Shown: positions 28,650 to 38,996 of the stretch, one piece after another | Layout: the number at the start of each line of letters is the position of its first letter | Position numbering within the stretch: the first letter of the stretch is position 1 | Source: Acidobacteriota bacterium | GTDB lineage: Bacteria > Acidobacteriota > UBA6911 > RPQK01 > JAJDTT01 | NCBI GenBank assembly: GCA_965217775.1 | Contig: CBDCJH010000002.1 | Location: 3,488,001 to 3,552,000, forward strand | Direction of reading: 5' to 3' | DNA: 64,000 nt | Translations under genes and position numbers: made by a program | The notes under the pieces: model-generated | What the model saw: only the letters and a program-made list of their open reading frames with translations | What the model was told of the DNA's origin: nothing | The model's database searches: none

Positions 28650-29336
28650 ATGAGAAAGAAGACGAAACGAATCACCTTGATCAGCGCGGTCGTGTCATTC
28701 AGCGTGGCGGGCGGGACCTCGATTCTCGCTCAGTCCACCTACGTCGTCACGATCCAGAACCTGACTCGGAGTCAGATCATCACTCCTCCGGTCGTCGCAA
28801 TGCACAACGCATCCACTTCTCTTTTTTCGATCGGAGAAGAGTCCGGCCCCGAATTGGCTGCTCTGGCAGAGGACGGCAACCCGGTGCCGCTGCTGGAGGC
28901 GCTGATGACCATGCCGGGAGTCTACGATTCCGCCATAGGATACGGGGTCATCCCTCCTTCCCAGTCCACAACGGCCACGGTGACGAGCGGATACGGCTAC
29001 AGGTTTCTCTCGATCGTCGGCAAACTGGCGACGACCAACGATTCTTTCTTTGCCGTCAGCGGAGTCCAGATTCCGTCGCCCCCCAACCTGTTTTTCTCCC
29101 CGCCCCGATCCAAGACCGTAGATGCTCCCGCCTACGATGCGGGAAGTGAGGCCAATTCCGAATTGTGCGAGTTCATACCGGGTCCACCCTGCGCGAGCCA
29201 CTTCGTCCACGACCCGGCCGAAGCCGAGGGCTTCATCTACGTCAGCAACGGAATTCAGGGGATCGGCGACATCAATGCCGCCGAGTCCGACTGGCGCAAC
29301 CCCGTCGCCCGAGTGACGATCACCCGCGTCGATTGA
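28650..29336 (+). CDS. Secreted spondin_N domain protein
   Basis: Signal peptide; VTIQNLT..Q..TP.V, LAALAEDG, KLATTNDSF, AYDAGSEAN, W.NPVARVTI. Confidence 0.85.
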   Translation: MRKKTKRITLISAVVSFSVAGGTSILAQSTYVVTIQNLTRSQIITPPVVAMHNASTSLFSIGEESGPELAALAEDGNPVPLLEALMTMPGVYDSAIGYGVIPPSQSTTATVTSGYGYRFLSIVGKLATTNDSFFAVSGVQIPSPPNLFFSPPRSKTVDAPAYDAGSEANSELCEFIPGPPCASHFVHDPAEAEGFIYVSNGIQGIGDINAAESDWRNPVARVTITRVD

Positions 29337-29411
29337 ACCTCGACCCTCCCCGGGATAGCCTGGACCCCGAAACGGGGGCAGCGAGTCTCCCTTCTCACCG
29401 GAGGATAGGAC

Positions 29412-30893
29412 ATGAGGACGAAAAGGTCGGTCGCAGTGGCGTTCGCGCTGGGACTCTCGCTGGCGGAAGTTTGGTCCGCCGAACAGAACGAACCCGAAAA
29501 GCCGGTCAATATCGGTTCCCGCCTGGAACTGTTCGTCGACGACTTCCTCATCGAATCCATGGACGGGCTGGAACTTCGACTCCACCGCCCGCGTTCCGCC
29601 GGCAAGATCGTGGTTTTCGACCGGCCGTGGGAAGGCACCACCAGCCTCTACCACACCGTCTTCAAGGACGGAGACGGCTATCGCCTCTACTACCGGGGGA
29701 GCAGCCACCAGGACTATGTCGACAAGTCGCAATTGGGTCCCGAAGAGGTGATCGTCCCCGTCCACGAATCGGTCACCTGCCTGCTGGAGAGCCGGGACGG
29801 GATCGAGTGGACTCGGCCCTCTCTGGGCCTGGTCGAGTTCCAGGGATCCACCGACAACAACATCGTCTGGAAGGGAACGGCCTCCTGCTGTTTCGCTCCT
29901 TTCAAAGACTCCAATCCGGATGCTCCCGCCGAGGAACGGTACAAGGCGTTGGGCAACGCGGGACCGGGATGGCCCAATCACGTCCTGAAGGCGTTCGTCT
30001 CTAACGACGGCAAGCGCTGGCGCCTGGCCAGCGACGAGGCGGCCATCAGCGACGGAAAGTTCGACTCCCTGAACGTTCCGTTCTGGGATCCGGTCCGAAG
30101 CCAATATGCGGCCGTCTACCGCGATGGCGACGGGGTGCGCAGCGTCAAGTACGCGACCTCCAAGGATTTTCGAAACTGGACGCCCGGAACCTGGGCCGAC
30201 TACGGCGGCAGTCCCCGCGAGCATCTCTACACCAACGGCACCCATCCCTATTTCCGGGCGCCCCACATCCTGATCGCGCTCCCCAAGAGGTTCGTCCCCT
30301 GGAGGACCTACCATGCCACCATCTCCATCGCGGGTGTCTCGGAGGCGGTCTTCATGAGCAGCAGGGACGGCGTCCACTGGGACCGGCGTTTCATGGAGGC
30401 CTTCATTCGTCCGGGCCGGGACCCTCGGAACTGGGTTCACCGGTCCAACATGCCCTCCGCCGGCGTGGTCCCTACCTCGGACGACGAAATGTCCCTCTAC
30501 GTGGCGCGCCACTACACCTTTCCCAGCGCTCACCTGGAGCGGATGGTGCTGAGGACCGACGGCTTCGCCTCCATCCACGCGGACCATAGGGGAGGACAAT
30601 GGGTCAGTCGTCCTCTGGTTTTCGAGGGTGGCAATCTGGTTCTGAACTTTGCCACCTCCGCAGCCGGGAGCATCCGCCTGGAGATACAGGACACGGAGGG
30701 CCGTCCTCTTCCCGGATTCGCCCTGGAGGAATCCCCCCTGATCTGGGGAGATGAGATCGAGCACACGGTGAGGTGGGAACGGAGTCACGTCCAGGCGGTC
30801 TCGGACAAACCCCTGAGCAGGATTACCGGAAAGCCGGTTCGACTGAGGTTGGTCATGAAGGACGCGGACCTCTACTCTCTCAGATTCAGGTAG
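29412..30893 (+). CDS. Secreted beta-propeller glycoside-hydrolase-like protein
   Basis: Signal peptide; RLELFVDD, DRPWEG, repeated Asp-box-like S.DG..W motifs, LRTDGF. Confidence 0.7.
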   Translation: MRTKRSVAVAFALGLSLAEVWSAEQNEPEKPVNIGSRLELFVDDFLIESMDGLELRLHRPRSAGKIVVFDRPWEGTTSLYHTVFKDGDGYRLYYRGSSHQDYVDKSQLGPEEVIVPVHESVTCLLESRDGIEWTRPSLGLVEFQGSTDNNIVWKGTASCCFAPFKDSNPDAPAEERYKALGNAGPGWPNHVLKAFVSNDGKRWRLASDEAAISDGKFDSLNVPFWDPVRSQYAAVYRDGDGVRSVKYATSKDFRNWTPGTWADYGGSPREHLYTNGTHPYFRAPHILIALPKRFVPWRTYHATISIAGVSEAVFMSSRDGVHWDRRFMEAFIRPGRDPRNWVHRSNMPSAGVVPTSDDEMSLYVARHYTFPSAHLERMVLRTDGFASIHADHRGGQWVSRPLVFEGGNLVLNFATSAAGSIRLEIQDTEGRPLPGFALEESPLIWGDEIEHTVRWERSHVQAVSDKPLSRITGKPVRLRLVMKDADLYSLRFR

Positions 30894-30904
30894 CTGGAAT
30901 TCAG

Positions 30905-32242
30905 GTGAGTGCAAGGAATGCGGATATCCGCGGGAGCTACGGCTGGTTGCTGGCGGGGATTCTGGCGATAGGCTGCTCTGGCGCCTCCGCCAACCCACCA
31001 CAGATCGTCCGGCCGGAGGAACCCGCAAACGGCGCCGCGGCCGGTGGCCCGAAATCGGCTGCGGACGAGTTGCGCCGATCCACGCACACGGTCCTGGCCA
31101 GGGTCAGCGCTCTTCGCAACCTTCCTGCCACAAGCTCCGTCGAGACCGGGCTCCGAAGCCGCGAGGAGATCCGCCGCTACATCCTCGCCCGCATGGCTGA
31201 AGAGTATCCGGCCGAGGAACTCGAGCTCGACCGGCGCCTGCTGGTGAAGCTGGGCCTGATTCCGGACTCTCTGGACTATCGCGGGACCCTGGTCCAACTG
31301 CTGACCGAACAGGTGGCCGGATACTACGACCCCAAGACCGGGACCCTGTATGTCGCCGACTGGGTGCCGATCCAGGAACAGCTCCCGGTGATGGCTCATG
31401 AACTGGCCCATGCGCTTCAAGACCAGCACTTCGATCTCGACCGGCTGTTGGAGGGCGTGAAAGGAAACGAAGACGCCACCCAGGCCCACGTCGCAGTGGT
31501 AGAGGGGGAGGGGCTGGGACTGATGCTGGACTACGTTCTGAAACCCCTGGGGCAGAGCTTTCTGGACATTCCGGACATCGTCCGGATGCAGAAGGACCAG
31601 ATGGAGGACGCACGACAGACTTACGACGTCTTCCGGAAGGTTCCCGCCTTCTTCCAGGAAGCGTTGCTCTTTCCCTACGTCCAGGGAGCACGATTCCTTC
31701 AACACCACGTTCGAAGGCACGGATGGCCGGGTGTGGACCGCATCTATGCCGATCTGCCCCGATCCACGGAACAGATTCTCCACCCGGAGAAGTACGAGTC
31801 TCCGAGGGATGATCCGACCCACGTGGACCCCCCGCCACTTCCGCCCGGTTTCGGGGGGCGCTGGGAGCGAATCTACCGGAACGTCCTGGGTGAATTCATG
31901 CTCCGGCTGGTCCTGGACGAGTTCCTGGAAGAGTATCCGGCCCGGGACGCCGCCAGCGGCTGGGACGGCGACTCGGTCCAGCTCTACCAGGGCGCCGATG
32001 GGGAGTTGGCACTCTGGATCCGTTCCGTCTGGGACACCGAACAGGACGCCGTCGAGTTCTTCGACGCCTACCGGAACCTCATCCGCCTCAAATACAGTCA
32101 GGCCAAGCCCTTGGAAACTCCCGGCGAGCCGCCGGAGCGCCGGCTCTGGAAGACGGAGACCGACACCTTGTTCCTGGAGCGGGACGGCCGCCGGGTCGAC
32201 CTGCTGGAAGCGACCTTCCAAGGCCAGGGAAGCCGGCCCTGA
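30905..32242 (+). CDS. Lipoprotein, putative zinc metallopeptidase
   Basis: Lipobox LAIGC; AGYYDP, HELAHALQDQHF, EG motif, GWDGD; start estimated. Confidence 0.75.
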   Translation: MSARNADIRGSYGWLLAGILAIGCSGASANPPQIVRPEEPANGAAAGGPKSAADELRRSTHTVLARVSALRNLPATSSVETGLRSREEIRRYILARMAEEYPAEELELDRRLLVKLGLIPDSLDYRGTLVQLLTEQVAGYYDPKTGTLYVADWVPIQEQLPVMAHELAHALQDQHFDLDRLLEGVKGNEDATQAHVAVVEGEGLGLMLDYVLKPLGQSFLDIPDIVRMQKDQMEDARQTYDVFRKVPAFFQEALLFPYVQGARFLQHHVRRHGWPGVDRIYADLPRSTEQILHPEKYESPRDDPTHVDPPPLPPGFGGRWERIYRNVLGEFMLRLVLDEFLEEYPARDAASGWDGDSVQLYQGADGELALWIRSVWDTEQDAVEFFDAYRNLIRLKYSQAKPLETPGEPPERRLWKTETDTLFLERDGRRVDLLEATFQGQGSRP

Positions 32243-32251
32243 GGGGACGAT

Positions 32252-32281
32252 TTGACAGCTTGGAAGCGTGGGGATTAAGAT
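32252..32281 (+). promoter_or_regulatory. Sigma70-type promoter of tatA
   Basis: TTGACA-18 bp-TAAGAT; palindrome ATCAAG-T-CTTGAT just downstream. Confidence 0.55.
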
Positions 32282-32326
32282 CCCGATATCAAGTCTTGAT
32301 TTTGAATATCTGAGAGGTCACTGGCT

Positions 32327-32488
32327 ATGGGTGGTTTGGGTGTTTCGGAACTGGTCATCATTCTCATTATCGTGGTCGTGATTTTCGGCGCCAGCCGCCT
32401 TCCTCAACTGGGGAAAGGACTGGGTCAGGGAATTCGGAACTTCAAGGATTCCATTAGGGCCTCGCAGGAAAAAGAGCTCGAGAAGTAA
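32327..32488 (+). CDS. tatA: Twin-arginine translocase TatA (not in the ORF track)
   Basis: Manual translation [53 protein letters not shown]; GAGG RBS. Confidence 0.95.
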   Translation: MGGLGVSELVIILIIVVVIFGASRLPQLGKGLGQGIRNFKDSIRASQEKELEK

Positions 32489-32571
32489 GCGGATCAGTTC
32501 CGGCTCCGGGTCATGGGCCCGGCCCCGTCCGTGTCCCCGCGTCGACTTCGAGTGCCTCTCTTCCGGAAAAT

Positions 32572-32889
32572 CTAACCGGTTTCAGCGACGACCCAGTCCA
32601 GGTAGGCCTTGCTTCCCTTCCGCACCGGCCACGAAAGGATCTCCGGAACGTCGTAGGGGTGGATTTCCGAGATCCGATCCATTAGTTCCTGCAGCCGGCT
32701 GTCCTGAGTCTTGATCACCAGCAGGAACTCCGCATCCTCCTCGATCCGATCCTCCCACTTGTAAACCGAGGTCACGTTTTCGATAATGTTCACGCAGGCG
32801 GCGAGACGATCCTGAACCAGCCTCCGGGCCAGTTTTCGGGCGGCGTCGGCGCTGTCGATGGTACACAAGACAATTCGAACCGGTGTCAT
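32572..32889 (-). CDS. cutA: Divalent cation tolerance protein CutA
   Basis: LVQDRLAACVNI, SVYKW, HPYDVPEI, YLDWV. Confidence 0.95.
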   Translation of the reverse strand: MTPVRIVLCTIDSADAARKLARRLVQDRLAACVNIIENVTSVYKWEDRIEEDAEFLLVIKTQDSRLQELMDRISEIHPYDVPEILSWPVRKGSKAYLDWVVAETG

Positions 32890-32902
32890 AGGCTCCTCCT
32901 CT

Positions 32903-33235
32903 ATGGCTATCAGTCGCAAAGCACGGCGGGAAATCTTCTGGATCCTGCTCCTGGCTGCCTACTTTTCCCTCACCTACATGCTGATCTTCGCCGAAGGGGG
33001 CTACCTGGAGTTCCGCAAGACTCGGGACGAGTTGCAGCAGCTCCTGATGGAGAACCAGGACCTGCGCCAACAGCAGCAGATCTACCGGGAAAAGATCCGG
33101 AAGCTGCGCGTCGACCCCAGCGAGGTCGAACGCATCGCCCGGGATCGTCACGGCTATGCCAAGCCGGGCGACATCATCGTCAACCTGCCCGGCCGGACCG
33201 ATTCGCCTCCAGACCGCGATCCAGGAAGTCGATGA
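32903..33235 (+). CDS. Septum formation initiator (FtsB/DivIC family)
   Basis: Single TM, coiled coil, DPSEVERIARDRHGYAKPGD. Confidence 0.85.
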   Translation: MAISRKARREIFWILLLAAYFSLTYMLIFAEGGYLEFRKTRDELQQLLMENQDLRQQQQIYREKIRKLRVDPSEVERIARDRHGYAKPGDIIVNLPGRTDSPPDRDPGSR

Positions 33236-35144
33236 ATTGCTCCGGGTTCCGGGTCAACCCCGGAAACGTGGCCACCACCTCGTCTCCCGGCGACAGCACC
33301 ACGTAGAAGGGGAGCGCGATGGTCCCGAAGCGCTCCTGCTCGAGACGCATGTTCTCGGCATGCTCCGGTCCCGTGCCGTCGGTGTAGAGACGGATCAGAA
33401 GGTACTGGCGAAACCGCTCCTGAACCTTGGGCAGGGTAAAGACGTTCGCCTCCATCCAGCGGCAATTGGTGCAAGTGTAGCCGGTGAAGTCGATGAAAAC
33501 CGGCTTGCCCGACTCCCGGGCGCCGGCCAGACCGGCCTCGTAATCGTCGATCCACTCCAGTTCTTCCTCGGCACCGCCGGCAGTGGTGCCCACGATGGAC
33601 GCCGGATTCCCGTAGTCACGGGGAGGCAGGAACGCGTCCAATTCCCCCAGCGGGAACCCCACGAGGCCCCGAATCAGATGAATCGATATGGCGGCGAAGA
33701 AGATCGCGAAGAAGGCCCGCGGCACTCCGATTGAGTCGGACGCCTGCTCGTGCGGAAAGCGAAACCAGCCCAGGAGGTAAAAGAGGATCATCACGGAGAT
33801 AGCCAGCCAGATGGCGATCAGGCCCGGCCGGGTCAGAAGCTCCCATTGGTAGACCAGATCCACGTTGCTGAAGAACTTGAAGGCGAAAGCGACCTCCAGG
33901 AATCCCATCGTGATCTTGACCGAGTTCAGCCAGTTTCCGCTCCGGGGAAGCGATTTGAGCCAGGAGGGGAACAACGCCAACAGGAAGAAAGGCGAGGAGA
34001 AGACCACCGCAAACGAAGTCACTCCCACCAGGGACCAGAGCCAGTCCCCCTGGATGGCGGCGACCATCAGCGTCCCCACGAAGGGGACGGTGCAGGTGAA
34101 GGACACCAGCGAAAACGTCAGCGCCATGAGCAGGATCCCGGTGATCCCCCCCGTAGTCGACGCCTTCCGGTCCAACGCCGTGGTCCAATTGGCGGGGAGG
34201 CGAATCTCCAGCACTTCGAACAGGCTCAGGGCAAAAGCAATGAAGATTGCGGCGATCAGGAGATTGACGCCCGGGTTTGCCGCCAGGCGGTTGATTCCGC
34301 CCGAGCCGAAGAGGAAGGTGAGGCCGAATCCCAGGAGCGTAAAGGTCAGAATGATCCCCAGGGAATAGAGGGAGGCGTCCCGGAGCGCCTGACCACGCGT
34401 CACCGCCTGACGTTTGGTGAAGTAGGAGACGGTGATGGGGATCATGGGGAAAACGCAAGGCGTGAGTAGCGCCAGCGCTCCCATGCCCATGGCAAAGACG
34501 ATGTAGCCCAGGGTCTCCACCGGAATTCCGTCCGAGCCCCCGGCAGGAGCCGCGGCACTCGAGGCGGAATCAGGGGGCTCTTCCTGGACAACGGCCGCCG
34601 CCGTCTCCGATGCCGCTTCTGCGTCGGCGGGAGCGCCTGCAGCCGGCGACCGACCCTCCCCGACTTGCACGGAGGCTTCCAACACCTGGTTTCGGGGAGG
34701 TAGGCAGAGAGTATCGCTGCACACCATGAAGCGAACCTTGACACCGAGCGTCTCGTCGCCCGGCTCGGTGGAGGAACGCACTCGGACCGGAACGGAAAAA
34801 TCCACCTGGCCCTCGAAATACTCGGTATCGATTCCGAAGCTCGGATCGTAGGCGACGATGGGCGTCGGTTGGGTGACGGGACCAGCGGCCTCGAAGGCCG
34901 ACTCCTTCAGCACGGTCACCGTGGTCTTGACGGGCGGAGGGGGCTGATTGAGGGAGTAGAGGTGCCAACCCGGCACCAGTTCGGCACGCAGCGTCGCTTC
35001 GAAGACACTCCCGGCGGGAACCTCGCCCGAATCCACGAGCAACTCGAACCGGATCTTGTCCTGAGCCGGTAACGGAATAATCAGGAGCAACCAGACACTG
35101 CCGGCTCCACACGCTTTCACGATCTGTCGAATTGCATTTCTCAC
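33180..35144 (-). CDS. dsbD: Thiol:disulfide interchange protein DsbD
   Basis: GWHLYS, C...CLPP N-domain, LTPCVFPMIP, SFTCT.P, thioredoxin CTNC; GTGA overlap with pyrC stop. Confidence 0.92.
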   Translation of the reverse strand: MRNAIRQIVKACGAGSVWLLLIIPLPAQDKIRFELLVDSGEVPAGSVFEATLRAELVPGWHLYSLNQPPPPVKTTVTVLKESAFEAAGPVTQPTPIVAYDPSFGIDTEYFEGQVDFSVPVRVRSSTEPGDETLGVKVRFMVCSDTLCLPPRNQVLEASVQVGEGRSPAAGAPADAEAASETAAAVVQEEPPDSASSAAAPAGGSDGIPVETLGYIVFAMGMGALALLTPCVFPMIPITVSYFTKRQAVTRGQALRDASLYSLGIILTFTLLGFGLTFLFGSGGINRLAANPGVNLLIAAIFIAFALSLFEVLEIRLPANWTTALDRKASTTGGITGILLMALTFSLVSFTCTVPFVGTLMVAAIQGDWLWSLVGVTSFAVVFSSPFFLLALFPSWLKSLPRSGNWLNSVKITMGFLEVAFAFKFFSNVDLVYQWELLTRPGLIAIWLAISVMILFYLLGWFRFPHEQASDSIGVPRAFFAIFFAAISIHLIRGLVGFPLGELDAFLPPRDYGNPASIVGTTAGGAEEELEWIDDYEAGLAGARESGKPVFIDFTGYTCTNCRWMEANVFTLPKVQERFRQYLLIRLYTDGTGPEHAENMRLEQERFGTIALPFYVVLSPGDEVVATFPGLTRNPEQFIDFLDRGLEANRSGRAG

Positions 35145-36424
35145 GCTGACTCCTGCCGGTGGACAACCCGGCCGCCCACCACGGTTAGAACCGGCATCCC
35201 GTGCAGCTCCCATCCCCGGAACGGACAGTTGCGTCCCTTGGACCTGAAGTGCGACGGATCCACCACCTGCCGGCGGTCCGGATCGATGACCGTAACGTCG
35301 GCATCCGCGCCTTCCGCCAAGGTGCCCTTCCCCAGCTTGAGAATCCGGCTGGGATTCAGGCTGAAGAGCTCCACCAGCCTGGAGACCGGGATGATTCTGG
35401 AACGGACCAGATGCTGCCAGCAGACTGGGATCGCCGTCTCCATGCCGACCACGCCACTGGCCGCTTCCTCGAACGGCTCCTCCTTGTCCAGCCGGGTGTG
35501 GGGCGCATGATCCGTGGCCAGACAGTCGATGGTCCCGTCCATCAGACCCTCCAACATGGCGTCGATATCGGGTTCTTCCCGCAGTGGAGGCATCATCTTG
35601 AAGTCGGTGTCGAAGTTCCGGATGTCTTCGTCGGTCAGGGTGAAGTGATGAGGCAACACTTCACAGGTGACTCGGATTCCCTGCGATTTGGCGACTCGCA
35701 CCTGGTCCAGCGACTCCCGCGTGGAGATGTGGAGAATATGGACTCTTGCGCCTGTGATCCGGCTCAGGATGATGTCCCGGACCACATGAAGCTCCTCGGC
35801 GGCACGGCTCATCCCCCGCAGCCCCAGACGGGTCGACGCCTTCCCTTCGTTCATGCATCCGCCGGCGGCCAGGAAGAGGTCCTCGCAGTGGTCCATCACC
35901 AGGATGTCGAAGATCCTGGCGTATTCCATCGCCCGCCGCATGACCTGACTGTTCTGCACCGGACGGCCGTCGTCGGTGACGGCGACGATCCCCGCCGCCT
36001 GCATCTCTCCGATTTCCGCCAGTTGCTCGCCCCGGGAGCCCACGGTGATGGCGCCCGTGGGAAAGACGTTCACCAACCCCGCATCGGCGGCCCGTTCCAG
36101 GATGAACCGGGTGATGGCGGCGTTGTCGTTGACCGGGGTCGTATTGGGCATGCAGACGATGCTGGTAAAGCCTCCGGCCGCCGCTGCCCGAGAGCCCGTG
36201 AGGATGGTCTCCTTGTCCTCCCGGCCCGGCTCTCGAAGATGCACGTGCATGTCGACGAAACCCGGCGTGACCACACAGCCCGCGACATCGATGACCTCGC
36301 GGCTCTTGCGGGCGGACAGCTTCCCCACAGCAACCACTTTCCCGTCTTCGAGGAGGACGTCCGCCCGCCCGTCCAGATCCTGGGACGGGTCCACGACCCG
36401 GCCTCCGCGCAGCAACAGACTCAC
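35141..36424 (-). CDS. pyrC: Dihydroorotase
   Basis: [30 protein letters not shown]. Confidence 0.96.
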   Translation of the reverse strand: MSLLLRGGRVVDPSQDLDGRADVLLEDGKVVAVGKLSARKSREVIDVAGCVVTPGFVDMHVHLREPGREDKETILTGSRAAAAGGFTSIVCMPNTTPVNDNAAITRFILERAADAGLVNVFPTGAITVGSRGEQLAEIGEMQAAGIVAVTDDGRPVQNSQVMRRAMEYARIFDILVMDHCEDLFLAAGGCMNEGKASTRLGLRGMSRAAEELHVVRDIILSRITGARVHILHISTRESLDQVRVAKSQGIRVTCEVLPHHFTLTDEDIRNFDTDFKMMPPLREEPDIDAMLEGLMDGTIDCLATDHAPHTRLDKEEPFEEAASGVVGMETAIPVCWQHLVRSRIIPVSRLVELFSLNPSRILKLGKGTLAEGADADVTVIDPDRRQVVDPSHFRSKGRNCPFRGWELHGMPVLTVVGGRVVHRQESA

Positions 36425-37356
36425 GGTTCCTCCTCGCCGGCGCCCAACAGGAGATAGAGGACCGCCATTCTCACCGCCAGGCCGTTGGTCACCTGATTCA
36501 GTATGACCGAATGGTCGCCGTCGGCGACGTCCGGATCGATCTCGACGCCACGATTGATGGGTCCCGGATGCATGATGATGGCATCGTTACGGGCGGACCG
36601 CATCCTCTCCCGGCTCAGCCCGAAGAGGCGAAAATACTCCCGGACCGAGGGGAAGAAGACTTCGTGCTGCCGCTCCCTCTGGGCCCGGAGCATCATTACC
36701 ACGTCCGCGTCCGCCAGAGCCTCCTCCAGATGGAACGTCACCGTGGCCCCCAACTGCCCGAACTCCAGTGGTATCAGCGTCGGGGGACCGCAGATCCAGA
36801 CCCGGGCGCCCAGCTTGTTCAGGAGAAAGGTGTTGGAACGGGCGACCCGGCTATGGGAGATGTCCCCGACGATGGCGACCTTCAAGTCCCGGATGGAACC
36901 CTTACGCTCCAGGATGGTGTAGGCGTCCAGCAGCGCCTGGGTCGGATGCTCGTGCATACCGTCCCCGGCATTGACGATGGAGCACTCGCGGCAGGCTTCG
37001 GCCAGAAGCCAGGGCGCCCCGGCCGCCTGATGCCGCAGGACGATGATCTCGGGACTCATGGACTCCAGGTTGCGGGCCGTGTCGACGAGGGTCTCCCCCT
37101 TTCCCACGCTGCTCGTCGAAACGCTGAAATTAAGGATGTCGGCGCTCAGGCGCTTGGCGGCGATCTCGAAGGAAGAACGGGTGCGGGTGGACGCCTCGTA
37201 GAAGAGGTTGATGACCGACCGGCCTCGGAGAGTGGGCACCTTCTTGACCGGGCGGGTCGCGATTTCCCTGAAGCTCCGTGCCGTGTTCAGAATCAGCTCG
37301 ATGTCGGCGACCGGCATCCCTTCGATGCCCAGAAGATGCCTGCTGCTGAGCGGCAT
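36421..37356 (-). CDS. pyrB: Aspartate carbamoyltransferase catalytic subunit
   Basis: [31 protein letters not shown]. Confidence 0.97.
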   Translation of the reverse strand: MPLSSRHLLGIEGMPVADIELILNTARSFREIATRPVKKVPTLRGRSVINLFYEASTRTRSSFEIAAKRLSADILNFSVSTSSVGKGETLVDTARNLESMSPEIIVLRHQAAGAPWLLAEACRECSIVNAGDGMHEHPTQALLDAYTILERKGSIRDLKVAIVGDISHSRVARSNTFLLNKLGARVWICGPPTLIPLEFGQLGATVTFHLEEALADADVVMMLRAQRERQHEVFFPSVREYFRLFGLSRERMRSARNDAIIMHPGPINRGVEIDPDVADGDHSVILNQVTNGLAVRMAVLYLLLGAGEEEP

Positions 37357-37359
37357 GGT

Positions 37360-37893
37360 CTAAGAACCCTTCCGGGTGAGAAACACCCCTTCGTCCTCAT
37401 CCACAGGGGCGATGTGCACGTCGACCGTCTGGTCTTCCCGGGTATCGACCCGGCGACCCACGTAGTCGGCCTGAATGGGAAGCTCGCGGTGCCCCCGGTC
37501 GACGAGCACGATCAGCTCGACCCGCTTGGGCCGCCCGTAGTCCAGGAGACTCTCCAGGGCCGCACGCACGGTCCGGCCGGTGTAGAGCACGTCGTCCACC
37601 AGCAGCAGGGTCCGGCCGGTGACGGGAAAATCCAACTGGGACGCTCCGACGACAGGCTGCGGCCCGACCAGGGACAAATCGTCCCGATAGAAGTTGATGT
37701 CCAGGATCCCGAGCGGCAGGCTGTGCCCCGTCAGATCTTCGATATTCTGCTTCAGACGCCGTGCCAGGGGAACCCCCCGGCGGCGGATCCCCACCAGAGC
37801 CGCCTCCCGGAGATTCGGATGGGACTCGACCAGGTCCTTGGAGATCGCCAGGAGCGTGCGCTCCATCTCCCGACTCGTCATCAACAGTTGCAA
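37360..37893 (-). CDS. pyrR: Bifunctional pyr regulator / uracil phosphoribosyltransferase
   Basis: LDINFYRDDL, VDDVLYTGRTVRAAL, VDRGHRELPI.ADYVG. Confidence 0.96.
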   Translation of the reverse strand: MQLLMTSREMERTLLAISKDLVESHPNLREAALVGIRRRGVPLARRLKQNIEDLTGHSLPLGILDINFYRDDLSLVGPQPVVGASQLDFPVTGRTLLLVDDVLYTGRTVRAALESLLDYGRPKRVELIVLVDRGHRELPIQADYVGRRVDTREDQTVDVHIAPVDEDEGVFLTRKGS

Positions 37894-38168
37894 CGGACTC
37901 CTCCGCTTCGGGGATGCCGGTCGTTCTCAAAACCGCCTCGCCACGGCGTCGCAACGATGCACCCCGCGATGACTCCGAGCACACAACGACTCCGGCAACA
38001 TGTGCCACGGGCAGACTGCGATTTGGAGATTAGCATAGCCGGAGCCCGGCGAGAATCAGTTGTGGCGAATTCGAAAAAGAAGGGCAGCGGCTGGGTCGAG
38101 TCCCTCCCGGTGAGCCCCCATTTCCCCGCTCCTCTCACTCTTGCTCTTCCCTGTGCTATCGTGAAGGG

Positions 38169-38996
38169 GTGATTCACGTGGTCCAGGCGCCGGTCGTCGG
38201 GAGCACCGGCTATCCCGGTTTCAACCACCTCTTGGCGCTTCGTTCCCCTGAGATCGCCTGCAGCTCGAAGCCCGGTCAGTTCGTCATGGCCGGTCTCATG
38301 GACTGCCCTTCCGACCCCCTTCTCAAGCGCGCCCTGGCCGTCTACTCGATCCCGCGCCCGGCCGGCGACGGCAGCATCCTCACGCTGTTGATCAAAATCG
38401 TGGGCCCGGGGACCCGCCTGCTTGCGGCACTCCGGGAAGGCGAGCGGGTCAGCCTGATCGGCCCGCTGGGAAACGGTTTCGACACCTCCCGGGCCAAGGG
38501 ACGGGTCAGCGTTCTGGTAGCGGGGGGAGTGGGCATCGCCTCCGTCTTCCTGTTGGCCAAGGAACTCAGCGAGGCCGGGGAGGAGGTCCATCTGTTGTAC
38601 GGCGCCCGCCGGGCCCGGGACCTGGTGGGACTCGAGGACTTTCAGGACCTGGGAATCCGGGTCCAGGTCGCTACGGAAGACGGCAGCCGGGGTTTCCGGG
38701 GACTGGTCACCCAGATTCTGGAACCTTACTTCCGCCGCTATCCGGCGCAGAGACTGGCCCTCTACACCTGCGGACCCAATCCCATGATGCAGGCCGTCTC
38801 CAGGCTGGCTTCCGTTCACGGAGCCGGTTGCCAAGTCTCGGTGGAGACTCCCATGGCCTGTGGCTTCGGCGTCTGCCTGGGGTGCAGTGTGAGGACCGTC
38901 CGATCCTATCGCCTGGCCTGCACCCATGGCCCCGTGTTTGACGCCCGAGAGGTGGTCTGGGACACGGCAACGGAAGGTGAAGGGGTCCATGCCTGA
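38169..38996 (+). CDS. pyrK: Dihydroorotate dehydrogenase electron transfer subunit
   Basis: PGQFVM, GPLGNGF, AGGVG, CGP.PM, MACGFGVCLGC...C..GPVF. Confidence 0.93.
   Translation: MIHVVQAPVVGSTGYPGFNHLLALRSPEIACSSKPGQFVMAGLMDCPSDPLLKRALAVYSIPRPAGDGSILTLLIKIVGPGTRLLAALREGERVSLIGPLGNGFDTSRAKGRVSVLVAGGVGIASVFLLAKELSEAGEEVHLLYGARRARDLVGLEDFQDLGIRVQVATEDGSRGFRGLVTQILEPYFRRYPAQRLALYTCGPNPMMQAVSRLASVHGAGCQVSVETPMACGFGVCLGCSVRTVRSYRLACTHGPVFDAREVVWDTATEGEGVHA

Noticed and set aside
26037-28650. tRNA-Sec (selC) or SRP RNA near selB/ffh
   Set aside because: No cloverleaf or SRP motif seen; no tRNA or rRNA gene recognised anywhere in the window
37894-38168. Possible PyrR attenuator or riboswitch in the pyrR/pyrK intergenic region
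   Set aside because: No recognisable PyrR-binding loop or terminator/antiterminator pair found by eye
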